64,000 bases of DNA, taken from NCBI GenBank assembly GCA_009103225.1, contig RHPI01002823.1:319104-383103 (forward strand), in the 5' to 3' direction. The position numbers and the translations under genes were made by a program. The stretch is from Chlorokybus atmophyticus. Its lineage: Eukaryota > Plantae > Mesostigma and Chlorokybus algae. This document shows, in pieces, positions 55,741 through 64,000 of the stretch. The notes under the pieces are model-generated. The model worked only from the letters and a program-made list of their open reading frames with translations. It was not told the origin of the DNA and did no database searches. Each line of letters starts with the position of its first letter. Positions within the stretch are counted from its first letter, which is position 1.

Positions 55741-58700
55741 TGCACACGAGGCAGGAGCAAAGCAGGTGGTGGGAAGCCATCACGTGACAAAGAGTGTCAC
55801 TACTGCAAGATGAAGGGCCACTTCATTCGCGAGTGCCAGAAGAGGATCCACAATGAGGCAACCAAGGAGGAGCACGCCACGATGGCGATTGCTTTCTAGC
55901 ATTGGTGAGGACCTCAACGAGTTGCAGTGGATGGTGTTCGTCCGTCCTCTCCCACTGCAAGGGCGCATGAAAGACATGCGTACACGGAGATCGCAGACAC
56001 AAAGGTCTATGAGAGTTACTGCTAGCCTATAAGTAGTTGCTGGTGTTGAGCTACATACACTAGAGGTTGCATTGCTGTGGAGTTGTTTTTTGGTAGCACA
56101 CAGGTGTGCGGTACCGGATAGAACACATCAATTGATCGGCATGCAAGGACTGAGTTGTATAGCTAGCTAACAGGAGATGGGAGGGGTGCTTTCCTTGGTA
56201 GAAGGGTCTGATCAACCCTTGCACGGCCTACACTCTGGTACATCATTGCTAAGGTAGAGAACGCAGTGTAGTTTATAGCATAGTTTGCCATTGAGGTAGT
56301 CCTCGAAACCACCTGAGCAAGGTCAGGCGTGGCGTGATGGAACCTGATGCGACAACTATGAGGAGGAAACAAGGAGTATTGGAACCTTGTAGTCCTGGTG
56401 GCAGCATGAGGAGAAAGATGGTGTCATGGAGACAAGCATCAAGTCCGTGGGAGCAACAGATCCGTGGGAGTATTCAATGGAGTAAGTTAATGTGGTTAAG
56501 CTTGCGAGAAGAACGTGGAGTTCAAGGTCAAGCTGCTCGCATGGGAGTGTTAAATGTTATAGCTTGTTGAAAGTACATGTATAGGCGGCGCCTACATGTA
56601 GTTGGCACGACCAGCTTAACCTTTATTGTTATGGGAGTTACGAGAGTTACGGGAGTTACGGCAGTTATGGTCAACCATAGTCAACTTTGACTTTGACCGT
56701 TGACTTTGACCATTAACTAGTGTTGACTAGTGTTGATTTTGATTAGAGTTGACTAGAGTTGACTAGTACTTAGTAGCATAGTATATAAGACACTGTATAC
56801 TGCTTAATACAGTGGGTCGCACATTGTCTCTAGAGTTGGCGTGCTTGCTGCACTTGTCTTTAGTGTGTGCACACTTGTATGTATGTAGGAGGCAAATACA
56901 CACACACTAGGCGCATCACTAGTTCTCAACAGCCGACCATGTACTCGACCCCATTCATGCGTACGGAGCAGCGTCCCTACCAGATCACTATCTCAGCTCC
57001 CACGCGTTCAGCAACTTGTACGGAGAACAAGCTTGCAGTAGCTCCACATACGTGCAATACTTCTCGCAGTACCACCTCTCTCTCACCATCGCCAACCTTG
57101 CATTGAAGCCTTACTTCACCAACTCCTATTGCTTCAAGCTCGTGACCACTGAAGCCTTCCTCCTTCTTTGTGGTTGTCAGCTTCCTATAGTTCTCCATCA
57201 CCTTCTTGTGTGGTGTGAGATGCTGGTCACAGCCCAAGTCAATTGCCCATGAAGTTGTAATAAACATCCTTGAGGCAGTAAATGCAACACCCTTCTCTTT
57301 GCGCTGAGCGTTGCCATTAGTGTTTGCTTATGATTGCTCTCGTTGGTGTTTGCGACAATCCTCTGAGATATGACTCTTGATACCACAATAGTGGCATGTA
57401 AGATTCTCGAACCTTGAGTTGATGCCTTTCGCCTTGTTCTTGTCTTTGTAGTTGCTTGTATCCTTGTATTTGTCTCGTGTGTAGAAGGCCACAGAGTCCG
57501 CTTGCTCGTCCTTCTTGTAGACGCGTTGCTCTACACTAAGCAACTCGGGTAGCACATCGTACAGGGTTAGCTCCGATGACGATGTCTCGAGTAGAGTAGC
57601 GACAACTTCGTACTCTGGTGGAAGCCCTGCAACAATCGCCAATACAACCTCTGTCTCTTCCATCTTGTGGCCGACATTGACGAGGTCCGCCCACAGCTCT
57701 CTAGCACGTGCAACATATTTTGTAAACGGCTCTTCCGTCTCTTTATGAAGCGCGCTTAGCTGCTTCCTAATTGTATTTTTTTGGCATTGTTCTTGGCTTG
57801 AAACACGGCTGCAAGCTGCTCTCAAGCTTGCCTGCCATCTTCACATGTTGTGAGCATTGAAAAGTGATGTGGCTTGCGGTTAAGCACCATCAGTGAGTGT
57901 GCTTCAATTGAATGTTCAAGCCAAACGCTTTCTTCTCCTGCTCTTGGTGCAGAGGCCTTCGGGTCAACATACTTCCACATCTTCTTATGGATAGGTAGTG
58001 CCTTCATCTCTACGCACCAAGTGCTGTAGTTACTTGTGTTCAGCTTTGTGATCAGCCCTTTATCGTAGCTTGCCTCCATCTTTGCCGCGCCTGCTTTCTT
58101 CTTGCAGTTAGCACTTGAGACTTGCTTTGATAAACTTCACGTGTTGTGACTTGAGTGACTATGTAGACTTCAGTGACTTCAGTCTTCACTTCAATGACTT
58201 CAATAACTTCAGTCTTCACTTCACTCTTCAGTGACTTCGGTCTTCACTCTTCAGTGACTTTACTTCACTTCACGTGATGTAGCGACTTTGGTGTCTTCAG
58301 TCTTTGATAACTTCGGTCTTTACTTTAGTGCACTTTCTCACTTTGCTTGACTTTGCTTTCTTTTTCTTTCTCACACTCTTCACGCGTAGTGTGGGCCCAT
58401 AACCGGTTGAGAAGCAAGCATGCAAGCAAAGAGGGCAAGCAATGATACACAGGAGAAGGCAACACGCTTCCCATTTTTTTAATCAATAAATCGCGGGGTT
58501 ATATACCTGCCAGTCAGTACACAGTTTGTACACACTGCTGGTCTATATGCAACAGCGTCCAATTCATAGAACCATATCCTATGTTGTATGATGTGCCACG
58601 TAGCTAACTTGATAAGCTTTGTAACAAGCTATGCCACATTGTATAAGACTGAGTATCATAGGAGACATGACGATTCTCCTAGGACCCTTTTCTGCAGTCC

Positions 58701-59124
58701 GCGCCAGGACCTTCATGTCCGGAGTCTTCAGGGTCCTCCCATCGAGGTCCCTTCTCTTATATACAGGGCAGGCTGACCGGATGTAGGAATATCTTCAACA
58801 TAACTTGCGATTTGCCACTTGCAGCACGTATGCTGTCCCAGTGTTACAGCATTGGCACTCCACAAGTCATGCAGAGCCTATGGCACCGATCAGCCTTGTG
58901 CTTGCTGACATACAGTGCCTTGTGTAGTTCATCACACCCATGGCCATATAAGCTCAAGAGTAGACCTACATGAGAGCGCACCCCACAAGCACTACACATG
59001 CTTATGGAATGGAAAACCCACTTAGTCTTTTTACTACTTACTTACTACATAAGTAAAAGACAGAGACAGACTTTTGCCAGCCTTATAGGCGTGACATTCC
59101 TCCCCACTTGCATTGCAACAACCT

Positions 59125-61186
59125 CGTTGCAAAAGGATGGAACTATTGAGAGATTGCACAGTAGCAACAATGCATACGCACAAGTGTGGCGTCAACAAGT
59201 GAGGAGCAAATCTATTGTACTACACAACAAACAATGTCTTATATAGTACACTAGTGAGTGCTAGTCAACACTAGTTAACACTAGTTAACTCTAGTTAAAG
59301 TCAACGCTAGTCAGCACTAGTCAAAGTAAAAGTCAATGGTCAAAGTCAAAGTCAATGTTGACTAAGGTTGACTATAACTCCCATAACTCCCATAACGGCT
59401 GTTGACCATAACTCCTGTAACTCCTGAAGATAAGTCAATCGTAGATGTTTAGCTAAGGCGCCACCTACATAGGTACCTTCAACACTCCCACGCGAGCAAC
59501 TTAACCTTCAACTCCTATCTCTATGCAGCATGTATGGAACTTGGTTGGTGGTAGTGGTTTTGTCATGCAGTCAGCGAGCATGTCCTCAGTGCTGCAGTAC
59601 TTGAACTCCACTTCCCCACGTGCAACTCTCTCTCTCACTAAATGGTGCATCTTGTCATATGCTTCGACCTGGCGGATATAATGGGGTGCATGCTAAGCTT
59701 GAGTGCTCCTTGGTTGTCACATAAAATGGTGACACAGCTCGCTGCATGCCCAAGGTAGATAATCAACTTGCGAAGCCACAGTGCTTCCTTCACTGCAAAT
59801 GAAGCCGCCATGTACTCGGCCTCAGTAGTGGATGCAGCAACAGTTGGTTGTAGTTGACTGTTCCACCTGACGATGCCTCCTCCCATCAAGAAAGTGTAAC
59901 CTGTGGTAGACCTCTTCGTGTCGAGGTCTCCAGCATAGTCCGCATCACAGTAGCCATGTAGTGTGGTGTCTTTCGTCTTTCCAAAGATGATACCTATGTT
60001 CGTAGTGCTGCCAAGGTAGCGAAGAACTCCTTTTGCCGCCTTCCAGCGCTGCATGATGGGTGCTGACATGTATCTCGCCAAGACTCCCACGGCTTGCGCG
60101 ATGTCAGGTCTTGTAGCAATTGACAAGTAGATAAGACTTCCTACTAGCTCATTGTAGGGGTAGACAGTCTTGTCAAGTATAAGAGTAGTGTCTCGTGCCT
60201 TGAGTAGCTGTACTCCCACGCTTAGTGGTGTTGCCTTGCTCTTTGCATCCTGTACCATGAACTTCCTGAGTAAGTCCAGCACCATCCGCTTCTGTGTGAT
60301 CTTATTGGTCTTTGCATCTCTGTTCCTAGTGATGACTATACCAAGGAACAAGTGTGCATCTCCAAGATCGCAAATCTCGAAAGCAAATTGCAGTGTCACC
60401 TTAATTGGGTCATTGCAACAATATCCGCAGATGCCAGGATAATGTCGTCAACGTACACAAGTAGCCAGACTTGTCCGTCTTCACTATGAAGAGCCCGGGG
60501 TCTGCTGCAGACTACTGTACGCCCATCTTCTCTACCTCTTTGCTGAGTCGAATGTGCCAAACACGTGGTGCCTGTCTAAACCCATACAAAGCCTTATGTA
60601 ACAAGCATGCTTTGCCTGTGTCTCCCACTTTGTACCCTTGAGGTTGCTGTGTTGAGAACTAGTGATGCGCCTAGTGTGTGTGTATTTGCCTCCTACATAC
60701 AAGTGTGCACACACTAAGGACAAGTGCAGCAAGCACGCCAACTATAGAGACAACGTGCGACCCACTGTATTAAGCAGTATACAGTGTCTTATATACTATG
60801 CTACTAAGTACTAGTCAACTTTAGTCAACTCTGGTCAAAGTCAACACTAGTCAACACTAGTCAATGGTCAAAGTCAACGGTCAAAGTCAAAGTTGACTAT
60901 AGTTGACCATAACGGCCGCAACTCCCGTAACTCTCGTAACTCCCATAACTATAAAGGTTAAGCTGATCGTACCAACTACATGTAGGCGCCGCCTATACAT
61001 GTAGTTTCAACAAGCTATAACATTTGACAAACCTGCACAAGTGCTCAAGTCTGGTTGGCGTGAAGCGAAGCAATCTCCTCATCCATGGCCTTACGCCACA
61101 ACTCTGCATACGGAGCTGTAATGGCCTCATGGTAGGTGCTTGGCTCTTGCATACTGTCATTGGACTGCCGTGTCAGCGTGCCGAGA
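59125..61186 (-). mobile_element. Ty1/copia B remnant (RT, RNase H, 3' LTR), 5'-truncated
   Basis: EPSTYHEA...LWRKAMDEEIASLHANQT at about 61160-61045; KALYGFRQAPRVWH, YVDD, GYCDADYAGDLDTKRSTTGY, CDNQGAL. 3' LTR at about 59484-59125, preceded by CGCGTGGGAG; its left boundary is approximate. Confidence 0.85.
60650..61029 (-). mobile_element. Solo LTR of the element C family, without a matching TSD
   Basis: Reverse-orientation copy of 54608-54991. The flanks do not duplicate, and the RT segment expected between them is missing. Confidence 0.9.
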
Positions 61187-61194
61187 GCCGTGTC

Positions 61195-63280
61195 AGCACT
61201 TTGTATTGAAAGTGGCCAAGTGGCGTATGAAACGCTGACTTGGGCACATCTTTTCAAGTGATACGTATCTTGTGGTATCCACTGATTACATTAAAGGAGC
61301 TGAACATTGAGGCACCGCTTCGTTGATCAAGCAAATCATCTATCCTTGGCGACGGATACCTAATCTTGTTGGTCAGCTTATTAAAGGCCCGGTAGTCTAC
61401 GCACATGCGTAGCCGGCCATCCTTCTTTGACATGAAGAGGATGGGTGCCCAAAGGGAGAGCTACTTGGCTCAATCAATCCCTTTTCAAGTAAGGCCTTGA
61501 TCTGCCCCTCCATGTCCGCATACTCAGCTAGACTCAACCTATACACAGGTTTGAACGGAGGTTGCGCACCCGATGCAAGAGGGTTCATATGCCATACGTC
61601 CCTCTCAGGTGGCAATTCAGGCAATTTAGCTCGAAACACATCAGCATACGCAGATAACAGACCTTTCAAAGCCGCGCCTTGCGTTTTGCCATTGGTGTCA
61701 TCGGTTGCAGTGGTTGGGCTATCAATGGCAAACGGCCGGACCAGCACCAGAAGGGGTTGTGCTCCATGGCGAACCGCCCTCTTCACCTGCAAAGTACTCA
61801 ACATGAGACATCGATTCCGAATTTGTCGTCACTTGCAACGGGTACGACATCGTGCTCATCTGCTCGCAAGGTCACACGACCTCGACCTTTGCGTATACTG
61901 CAAAGTTTGGTGTCTGCGTCCGTGCGCCAAGCCACATGCTTGCTCCCAATGGCTGCCAACAATGACATCCACGCCTGGCACCTCAACAGGGATGACCAAG
62001 AACTTGAGCTGAGCATGATAGCCATGCACACGCACGGACAAGCGCATGACTCCTCGCATAGGAATTTTGTGCTTGTTCAAGGCCACAACTATGTCATCAC
62101 ACTGGTGACACGAATGCTTAAGCACCACACTAGAGACTCACTCACAAAGTTCTTCGGCGTGCCCGTGTCTATCATCAAGATGCACGATGCATGCGCAACT
62201 AATGCCTTTAACAGCCAAGTCAAGTCTAAGGAACTTCTTGGATCGATGGTAGGAGGGTCATACAACACATGTGCACACCCCTTTTTCAGCTTAACTTCAC
62301 CCAAGACTTGCATACCTTTGGTGAGGCGAACCCATGGGCCAGGATGCTTGGGTACAATAACGCACGCACTCGTGTTGTGCGCGCTCTGGCTCTTGCATGC
62401 GACATAGTGCTTGAGAGTGTTGTACAACTTGTCAACGGGCACATTAAGCAAAACACATATGCCCGCACGTTCGTGCTGTAGAAATCGAGTCCACATGTAT
62501 ATTTATCTCATTCTTCCACAAAGCAACATTGCATGGTTGGGGAAGGCGTGACAACAAGTCACTATAAGCACACTGCTTATCATTGTCCAACGAGCAACTA
62601 GCTAAAGGCAATCCCTGTTGCATGCATGGCTTCTTGCTCTCTTCATGCCCCTCGTACATGAGAACATGGCCCCGAGCGGCATCCGCTTCAGCGTCACAGA
62701 GCTGAGCTTCACAGTTGCGCTTTCGAATTCGATGACCGTGTCGAGCATCACTAGACGCTTCAACATGTCTTTCATGAGGGACTTGATCAGCTCTCGACAA
62801 CTGCAAGCGAGAAATTTCGGCCTCGTGTTGTTGTGGCAACCCTGTTACTTGTTCACACAATGTGGCAACCAAAGTGGACAAGTGTTAAGTGGTCTTGGCA
62901 ACATCATTACCCCAAGATGCCTCTTCATATGCTGCTTACTGTTGCTCAGCCATCTCCACAATGAGCGAACCAACACCACACGGTGTGGTCACCGTAACAG
63001 ATGCACACGCGCGCACACGTGCGTACGCGAGCAGCAAAGTGCAGCAAAAGGCAGATGCGTGTGCACGACTATGCACCAGCAGTAAATGCACACAAGTAAT
63101 GCACAAATCAGCGTGCAAGACGGCCCACACCTAGCATGCAAGTGTGCTTGCAGCTGCAACGATCAACTAGCATGCACAATCACCACGAAAACACTGCCAT
63201 GCAGCACATGCATACCAAAAATGGAATGCATGCACCGTTCAGCAAGTGCACAGGCTGATGGACAAGCATGCAAGGCTTAG
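61195..63280 (-). pseudogene. Gypsy gag-protease-RT N-terminal remnant
   Basis: Protease LMIDTGTPKNFVS and DVIVG..W; PELPPERD..H, LLEKGLIEPSSSPF, DGRLRMCVDYRA.NK, PRIDDLLD, GYHKIRI, KSAFHTPLGHFQYKVL; then truncated. Confidence 0.88.
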
Positions 63281-63299
63281 AAACAAGCTTCAAGTCCAA

Positions 63300-64000
63300 T
63301 GTAACGATGCCCCTACTTACTTGCTGGTCGGGGCTTGGCAAATGCACAAGCACTAAGGACTTACAGCGAAAGTCACACCAGCACCACGATGCACGGGAAG
63401 TTGTAGAAGCACACCAAGTGAGGAGAGGATGACTACCAACCTCTCACACAGTCCCAGCTCCAGGCACACCCACGCCCAACACACCCACATGCACACACAC
63501 AACACCACACCCCATAAGGGATGAGGGGGAGAGCCCCTCTCACAGCTTCAACCAGGCACCCCACACACAAGTGGCCCTCAAGTGGTGAACACACTCCAAT
63601 CCCTATTTAAGGTTGCTACTGAGCTTATATACCACTTTCCGCTCTCCCGACCTGGCACACAACATTTCCAAAGTCCAAGGTCTTGTCATTGTGTGCTGGC
63701 CTAGCAGCACAAGCTGACTATATTTAACATAGGATTTGTCCCATCATAGGGCATCAACCTCGGGATTATTAAACCTCGAGATTGTCAAACACAGGACAAG
63801 TCAACCTCGGATTGATGAACTGCCACAATCCGTCATATGTGTGTCCACAACACATCATCTTGGTAAACCGCAGGATTGACTTGCGATTTGCCACTTGCAG
63901 CACGTATGCTGTCCCAGTGTCACAGCACTGGCACTCCACAAGTCATGCAGAGCCTATGGCATCGATCAGCCTTGTGCTTGCTGACATACAGTGCCTTGTG
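63300..64000 (-). repeat. Gypsy 5' LTR (continues beyond the window)
   Basis: Begins TGTAACG and matches 42474-42979, 51381-51459 and 58806-58924 in order. Confidence 0.92.

Larger units (their letters stand above)
54608..56931 (+). mobile_element. Non-autonomous gag-only copia-type element C (TR-GAG-like), nested in copia A in the opposite orientation
   Basis: 384-bp LTRs at 54608-54991 and 56548-56931 (TG...CA); TSD GCCGA; PBS GGTTATGGGCCC; ATGGGAG before the 3' LTR. Removing it restores the copia A frame (EYMVG|TRRGGLY). Confidence 0.93.
51460..58800 (-). mobile_element. Ty1/copia retrotransposon A (full-length outline, decayed)
   Basis: LTRs 51460-51844 and 58405-58800; TSD TAACT; PBS at 58404-58393. 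Gag 58079-57328 (CHYCGIKSHISEDC); protease WAIDLG; GAG-pre-integrase L*HRWFGHLG; integrase (RSDRGGEY, YTPQQN); RT (YVDD) 53431-52250; RNase H (CDNQGAI, ADFMTKPL). Confidence 0.93.
42474..64000 (-). mobile_element. Ty3/gypsy LTR retrotransposon, heavily interrupted, running off the window end
   Basis: The 3' LTR TGTAACG...CGTGACA is reconstructed from 42474-42979, 51381-51459 and 58806-59096. These pieces match the 5' LTR starting at 63300 as far as it is visible in the window. A polypurine tract (AGTGGGGAGGAA on minus) is adjacent to 59096. The gag/protease/RT remnant is at 61195-63280. Confidence 0.88.

Noticed and set aside
59120-61034. AACCT on both sides of 59125-61029 as a possible TSD of a composite element
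   Set aside because: The right-hand AACCT lies within continuing copia RT coding sequence, and the two LTRs belong to different families. A 5-bp match is easily chance.

Overview
Eukaryotic, intron-rich genomic DNA from a green plant lineage, most likely a streptophyte (charophyte-grade) alga. This is inferred from an AHK1/CKI1-like kinase, a single-B-box COL protein with the LxLDYxxVxxAW motif and a plant-type J-domain protein. Bases 1-42 kb are gene-bearing. Four genes look intact: a ZIP metal transporter, a CONSTANS-like gene, an ABC1K7/SIA1-like kinase and a small predicted thylakoid-lumen protein. There is also a weaker unknown gene head-to-head with the kinase. Decayed genes are a pogo transposase, a J-domain gene and an AHK1-like hybrid histidine kinase whose intron holds a same-strand LRR/Pro-rich/PAN gene. 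MITEs, an old foldback element and long (CT)n/(AG)n tracts are interspersed. Bases 42.5-64 kb are one nested retrotransposon block. A Ty3/gypsy 3' LTR is split by an L1/Tx1-like LINE and by a copia, and that copia hosts a gag-only copia. The gypsy interior is fused to another copia remnant. The most unusual signals are (1) two short inverted duplications that each straddle an ATGCAR|GTGAGTRAGC 5' splice site in unrelated loci, one at the receiver phospho-Asp codon; (2) the gene nested inside the kinase; and (3) an adenine-methyltransferase-like segment between gag and protease of the gypsy element. I saw no rRNA, tRNA or CRISPR features. All gene models were spliced and translated by hand, and family calls come from remembered motifs, not database searches.
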